A stretch of 62,614 nt of DNA, filler included, from Choristocarpus tenellus KU-1152 (Eukaryota; Protista; Phaeophyceae): the NCBI GenBank assembly GCA_964200185.2. It is 11 parts of 11 records of this genome, joined end to end, with 100 filler letters (N's around TTAATTAATTAA, not from the genome) between each part and the next. Parts side by side here need not be neighbours in the genome. Positions count along the whole stretch, not along the records: positions 1 to 2,606 come from CAXNAD020026341.1; positions 2,707 to 11,155 come from CAXNAD020004697.1; positions 11,256 to 18,738 come from CAXNAD020006087.1; 8 more parts are not named here. One strand, 5' to 3'. The position numbers and the translations under genes were made by a program. Under the pieces are notes generated by a model. That model searched no databases. It saw nothing but the letters and a program-made list of their open reading frames with translations, and was not told the DNA's origin. Shown here in pieces: positions 1 through 11,655 of the stretch (the stretch's first letter is position 1; every line of letters begins with the position of its first letter).

Positions 1-1729
1 CTCCCACACTGACCCCAACCCTCGAGGTAGGAGCATCTTTATTGGAAGGAGGTGGACCACCACAAGTGGCATTTGGCGACCCATTGCACACACTGCAACC
101 CCCTGTGTGAAGAACGTAAGATATGGGGCCAAGCATTTAGAAAAATGCCTCATTATAGGAGGCAAGGGTCTTGTAGTATTGAATCGGGCGAGAGGTTAGA
201 TGGGTAAGAGTGTATGGAGAGGGAGCACAAACAACAATAATTTTGAGAAGAAAAAAAAAAATCACGAAGTAGAACTAGATGTCAGTGTGTGTGTGTGTGT
301 GTTTGTTTGCGTATGATTTTTCTTTTTTTAACCTTTCTTGTTGAGAGCTAATGCTAGACAGCTGAAATTGAAGACCTTGAGTCATACCAACATGTCAAGG
401 GGAGTGGTGCAAGGTTACAAAAAAGCTTCAGATAAACTCACATCTTCATTAACCTCAGTACACCCACAAAAACAACCATGCCCCTCTCCTCTCCACCTGG
501 ATTCCTTCAACCCTAACCCTAACCCTGTAGAGACAGGTGCAAAACACTAGACCAATACCAACAAAATCAAAGACAAAAAAAACTAAAATTAAGAAAAAGG
601 AATCTTAAGCATCATTCACCGTCACCTCATCATGCCATTCATCTCTTTATACACAATTTGTTCCAACATCAGTTACGAATATCAGACAAATTCTGGTTCT
701 ACTCATCCAAAAAGGTGTACCTTTTCTTTACAACTAGCACTATTTTTCATGTTTGCCTCACGTACCAGGAGGAAGAGCAGACGCGTCCACGCCTATACTC
801 TCCAGTCTCACAAAAACTTCCAGAAGGTAGTGAAGACATTCGCTCTGGGTCTTGGCTGTCTCCCAAGACGGGCCCCAAACATAGCATCCGTGGCGCTGGA
901 CCAGAACTGCATTTGACTTTGGATACCTTTTTTGAAGGGGTTAGTTGCATTGAAGATACACCCACCATGGGGAGGCCGCTTAGATCGTATCCTATCAATA
1001 GTTGTGCAAAATTCCCAAGCAACTGATACACAAAAATAAAAACGACTTGATTCTTTCTTAATTTAGGTGGAGTACGTGATATATATAAAAAATAGTACTT
1101 GAAATATCACAACATACAACTACAATACTTCGATTTCTATGCTAGATCCATATATTTCTTTAGAATTATGTAACGCGGAAAAAAATCGGTATCATACATT
1201 AAAAAAAAAATGTTAACATACTTCAAAACATCGTATATAACAGTCAATGTAGATCAACCAATGATAACGCCCCTAACCTCTGAAGATAATACAGTAAAAA
1301 TAGTATACAATAGAGTCAGTTTCTTCAATACCCTTCCCCCAACCGTATTCAAGTGGTAATAAGATCGCACCAATGGCAGCAACTCACTCACATTAGGCAT
1401 TGCCAAATCAAAAACATGCACAAAATACAAAAAAATCAAAGAAAATATTTTTCAAAAACATTACAAAATCTCACCAGTAACACATCCACTCACTCACACC
1501 CCGATACATTCTACACAGATTACATAAAACATCACAATAGTAAAAAATTATTGTATACGCTTGTATCACATATAAAAAACAATGTTTAGAATGACTTGTC
1601 CATGCATGCATAATATGAAGAAGGGCCATCTCTCACCTCCTGATGGCAAATTCAAGGGAGTCTGCCAAATCCTCCTCCCTAGCCGTGTTATCAATCACAG
1701 GGACCACCAACTCATCGTGATAGCCATGC
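1..1729 (-). CDS. mtnB: Methylthioribulose-1-phosphate dehydratase (MtnB/APIP, class II aldolase family), partial spliced gene
   Basis: Exons 1729-1637 (HGYHDELVVPVIDNTAREEDLADSLEFAIR), 926-766 (YPKSNAVLVQRHGCYVWGPSWETAKTQSECLHYLLEVF) and probably 102-1. All have AG/GT boundaries with consistent phases. The VPxIxNT...YPxxxAVLVxxHGxYVWG...AKTQxEC pattern is typical of APIP/plant DEP1. The ORF track does not show this frame. Confidence 0.9.
508..526 (+). repeat. Interstitial telomere-type (TAACCC)n tract
   Basis: caaccctaaccctaaccct. Similar tracts occur near 11864-11878, 13560-13583, 30337-30350 and 43556-43880. Confidence 0.7.
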
Positions 1730-2348
1730 CTGCGCATGCCAAAACGAGGAAAAAATAAAATAAAACCTCCTCCTTCACAAGAGAAAAAAAGTCAGTCCAA
1801 TCATACAACCACATCTCAAAGAAAGGCGCAACAGATCATCAAAAAGAAATAAAAACATACAGAATAAGAAATAAAAATGTACCTACACCCTTTGCCTTAA
1901 CATGTATCTTCTTGACCAAGACTCCTAAGAACGAAGACGCCTCTGCACCCTCCTCCCTAACCCTCAAAAACAATCAAAACGCACAAGACATACATTTTTT
2001 TTTGAAGGACCCATCAAAAAATGACATCATCTCCCTAACACTAGCGTAGTCAGACTGCACCCTCATCACAAACTGTACCATGTACATGATGTACATGGAA
2101 CCTACCCATCACGTTTTTTTCTTCTCAGATCAGTCGAGACCTCTCAACTACAAAAAAAATGCACTATTTTTAATAGTCTACATACAGAACCTGAAACAAA
2201 ATAACTCAAAGAGACATCCTGGTCAAAATCAGTACGACCTCCTACACCAGCAAAAAATACATGACTTATCCTCGTCAACTCCCTCTTTCGAGCGCCTTCA
2301 TCCTCTTCAAAAGAACAGAGACAGAACACAAGCCCTTAAAACAACGCT

Positions 2349-2398
2349 CAGAACATAAAACAACATTTCAGAACATCAACACAACATTCAGAACATCG
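2349..2398 (+). repeat. Short ~20-bp tandem repeat (CAGAACATnAAnACAACATT, ~2.5 copies)
   Basis: cagaacataaaacaacattt/cagaacatcaacacaacatt/cagaacatcg. Confidence 0.6.
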
Positions 2399-2606
2399 TG
2401 AAGTAGTGACCATGTCCACATCCGCACGTAACATACAGTTATCATACCAACCGTGACAGAGAGTACAAAAGCAAACATGATATCCTCCCAAGAGACAAAT
2501 CAGACTGTGTGTGTGTGTGGGGGGGGGGGGGGGGGGGGGGGGGGGCCTCGTTTGTGTCGCGGAGGGGGTTGGAGCCCTCGGGGAAGCGCTAGACGCCGAA
2601 ACCCAC

Positions 2607-2706
2607 NNNNNNNNNNNNNNNNNNNNNNNNNNNNNNNNNNNNNNNNNNNNTTAATTAATTAANNNNNNNNNNNNNNNNNNNNNNNNNNNNNNNNNNNNNN
2701 NNNNNN
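2607..2706. other. Artificial contig-joining spacer (N44-TTAATTAATTAA-N44)
   Basis: Identical 100-bp spacers with all-frame stops also occur at 11156-11255, 18739-18838, 23271-23370, 30883-30982, 33809-33908, 41737-41836, 44920-45019, 50246-50345 and 56258-56357. There is a small 10-N gap at 55869-55878. Confidence 0.99.
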
Positions 2707-2776
2707 CCAAAAATTGCGACATGAACAAATTGACCCCAAATGGACAGCCGCCACCCCCTCCCAGATACTTTGAGTC
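2707..2776 (-). mobile_element. MITE family B end (truncated by contig start)
   Basis: The reverse complement GACTCAAAGTATCTGGGAGGGGGTGGCGGCTGTCCATTTGGGGTCAATTTG matches 41697-41736 and 44740-44810. Confidence 0.85.
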
Positions 2777-2873
2777 TTCAGTATATATTTTTAATACATT
2801 ATCTATCGTGCCATCTCGCATTTTGTAGATGGATGAGAGGTATATCACAAAAACTACAAGAGAAGAACTAATA

Positions 2874-3125
2874 TAATATTTTTATGTTTTTGATATTTTG
2901 AAGATGTGTCAGGGGAAAAACTCTAATCCATTTGTTTCTTCACCACTATGATGTACTACTGCCCTCCTGTGTCTCCAATCTACCTATACCTGCGCCCTGG
3001 GAGGAACTAGGGAGGCATCCCAAGAGTCCAATAAATCCCTCCGTGCCCATCTCCCTGGTGATTCCAGCTTACAACGCATGACACGTCTAGACAGTGCCAC
3101 TTGCGTAGTTACCGAGACAATTTGA
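2874..3125 (-). mobile_element. 3' end of CRE-like (RLE) non-LTR retrotransposon, 5'-truncated
   Basis: The reverse strand reads IVSVTTQVALSRRVMRCKLESPGRWARRDLLDSWDASL, homologous to 49360-49740, and is followed by the 3' stem-loop motif. Confidence 0.8.
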
Positions 3126-3550
3126 TATTGTCGATTATGGGGATAGAACAGGTATTGATGGTATTAAAATAAATACTACTTCAAAAATATTATATTTTAA
3201 AACTTAGGATGCAACATTGTTCAATTAGACTTGATTAGAAAACGCAGTATATACCAATTGTCTGGTGTGGTTCAACTCAGGCAAGAAGGGTGGTAAAGAG
3301 AATCACCATGCAAGACAGACCAATCGGACCAAGGCGAACGGTAACTAACTGAGAGGACAAGGCTAATGTTGGACAAGTGCAAGACTGCAAGGACTTGCAG
3401 GAAAATTGTGGAGTTATGAAAATGTTACGAGAGGGGAATCATGACAAAAGTCAAGACGTGAGAACAAGAGAATCTTTGATGCGTGTTATTTGTGGTTGAA
3501 TAGATGTCCACTGCATATGGATTAATCTCTTGAAATATTCCACACCTCAA

Positions 3551-3610
3551 ATATTATATATTATTATGCCCTCTGAAATGTTGTAGATGTGTCAAGGGGG
3601 AAACCACAAT
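3551..3610 (-). repeat. Dispersed ~55-bp stem-loop + AT tail motif (probable LINE 3' terminus)
   Basis: Matches the consensus TTTCCCCCTGACACATCTnCAAAATGTCAGAGGGCATAATAATATAT. Copies are at 2882-2926, 32866-32910, 33205-33272, 33445-33495, 33535-33585, 49882-49950 and 49984-50040. Confidence 0.75.
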
Positions 3611-3975
3611 TATTCGTACGACCCTCCACTGGAATCGCAGATTTCTGACTAGGAGACCTCATTCGGTATAACGGTATATTGCATGCGGCAAATAAGAGTA
3701 TAATGATAGACAAACCTCCTTTCCACACATGTATAATCTAATATAAACATAGAAAAAGTATTTTGTAGAGAGGTCGTTGATAAAGTTGATCATCTTCACA
3801 CATTTAGAATGCTGATCTAAAATTCCTTAACTCATCTATTACACTCCATACAGAAGTCCGATAGGAGATTTATACACAAATAATTATTCGCGACTTGATG
3901 TGTGGGAGGTAGGTCTACACAATCATAAATCATATCCCTGTACAGTCTTGTCAGTCGCCTTTAGAATGAGACCTG

Positions 3976-4275
3976 TCTTGATTTTTTTTAAAGGGTTGGT
4001 CAACGAGATAAACAACGATGAGCATATCAAATGAAAGCTCTGGATCTAAGCTATCACTGCTGCAAAGGATTTTTTCGGAAAATTATTTTGGTAAGGTAAA
4101 TTTTAACCGAATTGTTTCGGCGCAACCTTAGAAATGCTCCGCAAAGAATGATCATGACCAAACATATTTTTCCGAAATCATTCCTTTGGACCAGTGATAG
4201 CTCAGATCGATAGCTTTCATTTGATATGCTGATCCTCGATTGACTCGTTGGGAAACCTTTTCAAAAAAATCAAGA
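3976..4275. repeat. Long imperfect inverted repeat (~117-bp arms, ~64-bp spacer)
   Basis: Arm 3976-4092 pairs with the reverse complement of 4157-4275. Both contain GCATATCAAATGAAAGCT...GATCTnAGCTATCACTG. Confidence 0.9.
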
Positions 4276-4387
4276 TTGGTAACCGCCAAAACGGTACGTG
4301 GGCAAACCTCGGCTTAATACTGTTTAAGCCACTCACAGGACACTGTAACGCACAATGAGCTCCGAGTTGTCGCCTGCCCCTCACAGG

Positions 4388-4670
4388 ACTCTGTGAATTG
4401 AACCCGATAGAGATGGTCTGGGGGCGGGCGAAGCACTATGTACGAGCCCATTGTGACTATACCTTGCCTGGAATGAGAGCCAACATTCCTGTCAGTCTTA
4501 AGGATGAAGGAGAGTTGTCCAGAGTAATTGTGGAGAGGTTCTTCAGGATGAGTATTGCTTACCACTTGATATATCCCAACGAGAAAGGAATAGAGTGCAC
4601 CAAATTGAACAGGGTGCACAAGACATTTAAGTCTCACAGGAGTCCTGCACCTTCAGAATACCTCATTCGA
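4388..4670 (+). mobile_element. IS630/Tc1-like DDE transposase C-terminal fragment
   Basis: CELNPIEMVWGRAKHYVRAHCDYTLPGMRANIP contains the catalytic-E motif LNPIExxW. The rest of the DDE domain was not found intact. Confidence 0.75.
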
Positions 4671-5989
4671 CTTGGCACGGATTGTCTGGTTCAGAGGGCT
4701 GGGCCCCCATCAGTGAGACTTAGACAGCAGGTGACAACATCGCATAAACGGGAAAGAATGGAAAGAGAATGGAGAGACAACAACGACCATGTTCTCCTGG
4801 TGAAGATGACCTCTTCAGGCGCCAAATTCCTCCTTAAATGCGCGGTTGCGCTCGCTGCATGGCACCCCCCCCGTGCGAACCGTGCGCGCGGACTACTTGA
4901 TCCAAGTATGGTCCTATATTTCTGTAAGTTGACCAAACGAGACCCATCAAATTAGGTTAAGCATGCTGATGCGATTACAGCAAACGAATTTTCATGAAAA
5001 GATTTGTTGTTAATAAAGAGTTATGGCACGACAAAGTTAATGCAGGAGGTGACTGCCAACACTATAACATCAAAATACATCAACTATCCTGATTGGTACC
5101 TTAACAATCGTAGGGTTGTACATGTTTATACTGGTTTTGGAAGGGAAGTATAGGAATGACACAATGGTAATTTTTTGGGACGAATGGGACAATGCTTGCG
5201 GTTTTTGGCCACTCTTTCTCTATATATTATCGTTGTTAATGCTTCGTCGACTCCTCCCATGTAGAGATCACAAGGATTCTGGAGAACATCTTGCAATGGT
5301 AGTCATATTCAGCGATAGTTTTGTTGAGTACGTCTGCGTTTCACCTGCAACAACCATATCGTGTTGTAACGGACCTCCATGGCCTGACTGGGGTATAACT
5401 GGAGGGTTCTTACACGTATGGAGCTGTATATCGGAAATAGGGGGGTTCTGTCAGGGGTGGAAGAAGTGGAATAGTTCCTCCAGTTGGGAGCTCCTGTGCT
5501 CCATTCAGCAGGACCACCAGGAGGAAAGGAACAGGTTGGGTGTGAGCTGTTTGAAACATAGTGCGCCACTTCGACCTCTACAAGTCAAATAGGCTTGAAA
5601 CTGTCTGACATACACTGTGCCTCTGATGGATAATGCGTCATCATAGGAAGATTTATTTGGCTATTGCTACACGCGAAGTGGTGGATACTTATAACTATCA
5701 ACATTATCACACCCTTCCCCTTCCACCTGTTTTGTCCAACAACGTTCTGATGAACAGGGTCCTGGTCTGCGGGGATCGTTGATCCAGAACGTGATTTCGT
5801 CATGTCTGGCAGGGTCCTGGTCTACGATGCCTTCAGCATTATTTCTGTGTTCCCTGTTGAATACATAAAAGGTCAAAGTCACGCACAGATCCCTCAGCTA
5901 TACATCGTGCACTTGGGTATATTAGCAAATTTTACACAAGCAGGCAAACACCACCACTCAGCCACAACCCATCCCTGCTACCCAGGCTC

Positions 5990-6600
5990 AGCCCCCCCCT
6001 GTGCCATACCTCCTGGAGAAGTTTGAACTGTGTCTGGTGGCTGGTGGAGCTTCTAATTTCTCACTACCTCTACCAGTTCACGGACCACTCTGGAAGTGGC
6101 ACTCACTGTTCTCCCTGAATCTGCATAATCACCCTCCACTCGGCTTCAACCAACACTACGTAGTATGTAGTCTCCTACATGGACGCATCCAACTACCTTT
6201 TAGACATACTACATCAAGACCAAAAGCCAGAATCAAGCAACTACTCTCGAGAAGTATGTTTTCGACTTGGCTCTACCCACTAGGCTTCCTCTGAGGATAC
6301 TGTACTCTGACAACGCTGAAGGATATACTGGAAAGTATACACAGTTCTGTACCACCATGGCGTACACCAGCAGTTTACCAGTCCCCCTACACCCCAAACG
6401 GCTTGGTTGAAGTGGCAAAAGTGAACACTGTTCAACAAGGCATGGGGTCTCCTTTTGGGACAGACCTCCCCAAGCCACTGTGGTCCAAGCTGTTTGATAC
6501 TGCAGTTTGCTGTCACCAACCGATATCATCCTGCTACCCTCCTGTAACAATACGCCACATTATGCGTGGCACTATAATCACTCTGATCTTACCACCCTTT
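5990..6600 (+). mobile_element. Degenerate Ty1/copia integrase remnant
   Basis: Frameshifted pieces YYIKTKS..KYVFDLALPTRLPLRILYSDNAEGY, HGVHQQFTSP and TDLPKPLWSKLFDTAV match copia rve motifs (LxSDNGGEY, FTxPYTPQQNG, LPxxLWxExxxTA). Upstream 5200-5990 is probably decayed gag/protease. Confidence 0.7.
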
Positions 6601-8453
6601 CTCGAATGTGAGCATTTTTCTGTATCATAATCGACTTTCTGGCAGCAAGATGGAGAGGAGAAGGATAAGGTCCGTCTGCTAGCCGCTAGAGTACCATCAG
6701 GAAAATCGCTTGCGGAGGTTGTGCCTTGGTAGGCGAAAAGGAAGAGGAGATGGTCCACGATCTAGCAGCCATTGTGATATAGGATCACCAGGGGGAAATA
6801 TGCTGGGAGATATGTGCTTGGGCAGCAGGGGTGAGCGGTGCCAGGGTGATTCTGTGGGTGCCTGTGCGGAAGATGATGGCCTAGGAATAGATAAAGTTCA
6901 TCGTGTGTAACTTGCTGTGGGGTCTGTTCGTAACTTTGACCTTCAAAGCGGATAACAGGGAATTCTCATCTAACCAATGCAGGTATCACAGATCAACACC
7001 ATACTAGATAATGAAAAGCAAATGACGCTCTGGACTATCTGTTCTGCCACCAATTTTTGCCAAAATAGTTGGACCACAGGAAGAAAGGACGTGGGGTGTA
7101 GGAAAAATATCCCAAGTACTCGCCGCTTCTCATCTAGCAATACCTACTCCTGCCTTTTTTGGGGGGTGAGGGGCGCGAATCAAATTGAATATTTTCTTTG
7201 GGCAGCATCGCAAAGGGAACATTGATTTGAAATCAACAGTGTCGTTGAATTTTTTGGGCATGTCATGCTAGTTCCTGTTCCCCACACCACACCATCTGCA
7301 AAATGCCAGTGGGAAAAATATATGTAACAGCTGTACATCAGATTTACAGCTTCAATCCATTTCCGTCATGTCATGACCATTCTGACTTGTATCCTTCAGT
7401 TTCGCTTTCACCTTCTGTACACTATTTCCTTACGCAATTTCGATTTTCCAAATGAACCTTCAATTTATCCCTTCCGTCCCAAGAACTTCCAACCAATTCT
7501 TCCTTTTCTTCGCCTCATCCAAAATAGTACAAGGGTTTCAAGCCTTCTTCCAGAACGATCTTGACCACTCTTTGACTGGTGACATCTCTTCCCTCACAAA
7601 GACTTCTTCAGCATTGTTCATTCCCCTTCCATTTAGGGGTAGTGATATTGATTCCATCACAAACTTCTTCAGGATCATCAACCCATTCCTCGTGACATCT
7701 CTTCCACCAGAAAAACTTCTTCATCAGGATATTTCACAATCTCTCAAGTAATTGATGTACATTCGCCCAAATCTTCTGCTCATATTTAAAAATAAAAGTC
7801 ATTGCAAATATTTTAATAGAAGATACTACCCGCCCCAACTAGGGGTAATCTGTACCACCATCCATTGCACACTACCTCTGCACCACTTTATGTATGTGCA
7901 CACAACCTAGGAGTATATATATATATATATATATTCTCCGATTTTGAATATTCCATTACCCATCAATTACAAAACTTCCAAAACTTGAACCCATCACGCA
8001 TGAGTATAAGTTGGGCGTGGTGGCAATCACTTAATCAAATCCATGAATCCTCACTGTAATATTATTGAAGTATCGATATAAATATTATTCCAGAATTATC
8101 CTCAAACTTCGCTTCTAGTTTAGGGAAGACTGCATCCCCACTGGGAGTCAGAGGCACTCACGACACACACACTACAGTTGCACAGGGAACCCCTCCTTTG
8201 GGAGACACCACTGTAATACCTTTTTTTCATTTTTTCCATGAATTTTGAAAGCCTAACCCTATCCCCAACCTTAACTTGTGTGTGAAAAATATTCCTAACT
8301 AGCCAATAAAGCATTCTAGAAGGATTTTCACACCATGGTGGAGCGGTACAGTATCCACTGAGGGTGCCACTACCTCTCAAGGATCCACCAAACTACAACA
8401 GGCTCCCAATAAGAGACGGGAAGTGTTGCTGATAACTGTGTCCTACTATTCAT

Positions 8454-8716
8454 GAGTCAAACCAACTGAGAGCGTAGTCAGGGCTGCACTTTAAGGATCC
8501 CGAGAAAGGGCAAAAACGGTGTCATTTAGTACAATTGCAGAAAGAATCCTTGCTGAATTTTTGTGTCACTTATGTGTATGGAGAGGGGAATGTCAATTTT
8601 GCAATACGCTATTGTGTACTTGAAGCAATAGAATAGATTGCATTGCACAGGGTAAGAAAGATGGCTTAAAATGCACAAGGGACCCAAACCTGCCCACCTC
8701 TCAATCGATTTTGTTC
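8454..8716 (+). mobile_element. MITE family C copy (TIR GAGTCAAACCAAnTGAGAG)
   Basis: Homologous over its full length to the reverse complement of 24429-24688 and to 25148-25345. It has inverted termini. Confidence 0.8.
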
Positions 8717-9895
8717 CACAGAGCATTGGTGAAGTGTTGGGGAATGCAAAAAGTCGAAGGAAAGAAGCGAAAATTTGAGTTAAACATCGGATTTTCGCAC
8801 TTTGAGGTAAAAAAAACGGACAAGATTAGAACGGAAAATCGAATAATTTCGGCGAGATCTTTGTGGTATCTTTTCGTTGTTCTTGATTGTTCCACGCCCC
8901 TTCCGGTGTCCCCAACAAGGATTGACCGCAAAGAAAGGGTTTTTGCGCGCGGAACCTTCCTCTGCATGCAGGCGCCTTCCCTTCTTTGCTGACCTCGCAC
9001 CTCTCCCAACACAACTGACAAAGGGGAGTAAACAGTCTTTCCACATTGACATTCCTCCCTCTCTAAGCACTCTGAATACTTCCACTACATAGTAAGTACT
9101 CTGTGTACCTAACTCTGGATACCCTCCAGATGAGTTTGTCTGCTGTTTGGGTGATTCTATCTGTTACATTTTCAGACCGTCATTCTTTGGGTGCTGCTTA
9201 TTCTTCCATTTTCATATATTACTATCAAGTTTCCGTCTTTTAAAAAAACGAATACAAAATAGTATACTATCTACTGTTGGACATGGAACTTGTGGCAGAG
9301 GGTTAGTTGGATGTCTCCAGGCTTGCCTATAGAAACGGCAACAATAAAAATATATGCAGTATGCGCTTCAGTCCTGTCATCACACAGGAACATGAGACAT
9401 CTGATTGTTTGATTGTGATGACGTACCTGTACAGGTGAGTCTTTCTCACGTCTTTCTCACGGATGTATGTACGTCTACATGCTCTCTCTAGTTCTAAACA
9501 ACAATCGAATACCTCCACCCTTAATCTCGTTCTTCTGCTCACGAAATTTAGAAGTCTTCGGCACACAATAGCGCACATCTACAACCTCACGGACACACGT
9601 ATTAACACACAAGGCGTTCATTCATCCTAAACAACATACCCCCAGCTAAGAACAGATTTACCGACACAAAAGGAACAGAAGGGCTAACCATACTACATTC
9701 ATCAACCAAAGCTATGAAAAACCTCAACAGACTATTACGTACCAACCGCCAGCTTGCCCAGACAAAACCCCACCGTACTCTCATGTAGTAGTGTTTCTAT
9801 GATATCAATACAACAGGAGCGCCAACAATAGCGCTTATCCTCTGAATAGCACGGCATAGCGAATAGTCAATGCATATTGGTGCTTCACACACACA

Positions 9896-10711
9896 TCAGT
9901 GCTCACAAAGGCTTATCTCACGTTCCATCCATCGATTGAGGGAGTCCTTAAGGTACTTGCGATCCTTCATCAGATTGAGCCTAACCCGCTTGGCCTCCTC
10001 GAGAGTCATCCCCTGCTTCGCAAATGTAAGCACATGTCGTACAACATCCTCTGGTAAGCCTCTGCCGCCGATCACACGTCGAGCCTTGGCCTGGAGGGCA
10101 ACCACCCCCTGAACCCTATTGTGGTCCCAGTTCTGGTCTGGGACATCTGCTGTGGACTTGACTCGAACATTTGGATTCACAATGAAAAAGCAGAGAAGTT
10201 TCCTCTGAGCGCTGTTGCTTCCTTCGGTACTAGTCTCACTTCCAGCCATGCCCTCAATCACGGGACCATCACCACTTTCAATGCCGGTTCCTGTGCTCTG
10301 TTTCACCTCCCCTTCTTTACACCGCTGAACCTCTCCATCACTAGCATGTACGGGCATTGTGTTACTGACCTTCCTGCTGTTGTTTGTTATTGGACATAGT
10401 CTATGTTGATGGGTGTTGGGGAAGGCAATGACCCGACCCTGTGGGGTCTCAACGGTTCCAAGCTGTATTACAGAGGTGGAGTAGTCAAAGTTGGGGGGGA
10501 AATCGTGAGTAAACCTTTCCACTAACGTCTCCTCCTCATCTTCAGTGAGGCAACGCCGGAAAGCAAGGCCATCCCCGGTGAGAGCAGGAGAGACATGGTA
10601 GTAGAACAGCACTGAGGCGATGATGTGCTCCTGTGGAGTACCCTCCACATGCCACACGCCTTCATGTGTCTGCCCTGGGGCAAGGATGTAGTTTACTGCT
10701 TTCACAATGAC
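9896..10711 (-). CDS. DUF4246-family protein (2OG-Fe(II) oxygenase-like), terminal exon
   Basis: Acceptor cttag|GTC at 10711. The exon reads VIVKAVNYILAPGQTHEGVWHVEG..EHIIASVLFYY..GTVETPQGRVIAFPNTHQHRL..RKLLCFFIVNP..STADVPDQ..MTLEEAKRVRLNLMKDR and ends at a stop at 9896. Confidence 0.85.
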   Translation of the reverse strand, partial: VIVKAVNYILAPGQTHEGVWHVEGTPQEHIIASVLFYYHVSPALTGDGLAFRRCLTEDEEETLVERFTHDFPPNFDYSTSVIQLGTVETPQGRVIAFPNTHQHRLCPITNNSRKVSNTMPVHASDGEVQRCKEGEVKQSTGTGIESGDGPVIEGMAGSETSTEGSNSAQRKLLCFFIVNPNVRVKSTADVPDQNWDHNRVQGVVALQAKARRVIGGRGLPEDVVRHVLTFAKQGMTLEEAKRVRLNLMKDRKYLKDSLNRWMEREISLCEH

Positions 10712-11324
10712 CTAAGGAGGTAAGAGGGGAATGATGTTCATAAGAACATGCAGCACACGGTCGAGAAACTTTGTCTATTTCTTGTCTTGGAACTCGAGTT
10801 CTTATCACTGCAATCGAGTCCCCATCGGGTATGAAGTGAAAAAAAAGTGCAAACACAAACACACTCTCACAAAGTGCACAAGAAGAGGTCCCTCCCCCAA
10901 GCAAAAGCCAAGATATATACAGAAACCCAACCAATTATTAGAACTTCCTACAAAGAACAAACAGCAGATAAAAAAAGAAAACACGACACATTTGATCATT
11001 TTTCTCTATCACAATAGAACACATTCACCACTGCCCAATAAAAACACAAGGCGGCACTCAAAGCACTGCCAGGAAGTTCTATTACTCTCTCCCCCCCTCC
11101 CCCCCCCCCACCAAACCTGCAATCGACGGCCCCTAAGGTTGAGCTCAGTGTCCCCNNNNNNNNNNNNNNNNNNNNNNNNNNNNNNNNNNNNNNNNNNNNT
11201 TAATTAATTAANNNNNNNNNNNNNNNNNNNNNNNNNNNNNNNNNNNNNNNNNNNNGTTGACTGTGAGACCGAAGCGAAAAAAAAAAGATAAAAGTGAATA
11301 TATGTGGAAAGGCGGAGATCAAAC

Positions 11325-11351
11325 CCCCCCCCCCCCCAGATATTTTGACCC
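11325..11351. mobile_element. MITE family B terminus
   Basis: C-run followed by AGATATTTTGACCC, the inverted family-B end. Confidence 0.6.
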
Positions 11352-11655
11352 TATCTGCGCAGGCTTTTTTGTGCTAGTCCGACTCATGGGATAGAGCAGA
11401 TGTTGCTTTTGCTTGGTTGAGCCCTGGCAAGGGGACCCAGGAAATCAAAATCAAAAGGACTGAAGGCCATTAAGGAATTTTCGAAATGGCCTTTGTTGCC
11501 AAGTCTCACACTCAAAAGGTTTTCTCATGCGCTTTCATAGGCACATGCAAGCACCCCAAGACTTAAGCCTTTTTCATATGTGCGTGGACTGTCTGCATTG
11601 CCAGATGAGTGACTATTCCATCCTGGCTTTCTCTAGTCAACGTTCTGGTCGGCAG

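Noticed and set aside
658-1031. ORFs 632-916, 658-1026 and 747-1031
   Set aside because: These are shadow frames of the MtnB exon 926-766, which lies in a different minus-strand frame.
2651-2662. TTAATTAATTAA as a biological repeat or TTAA target site
   Set aside because: It is a synthetic all-frame stop linker inside N spacers.
7373-7790. Decayed purine-rich minus-strand reading with a chromodomain-like VFLVEE..KWKG
   Set aside because: It needs several frameshifts and has too little signal to assign.
8120-8380. KVGDRVRLSK resembling a Polinton integrase tail
   Set aside because: It is encoded by a degenerate TTAGGG-like stretch, with no integrase core or other Polinton genes nearby.
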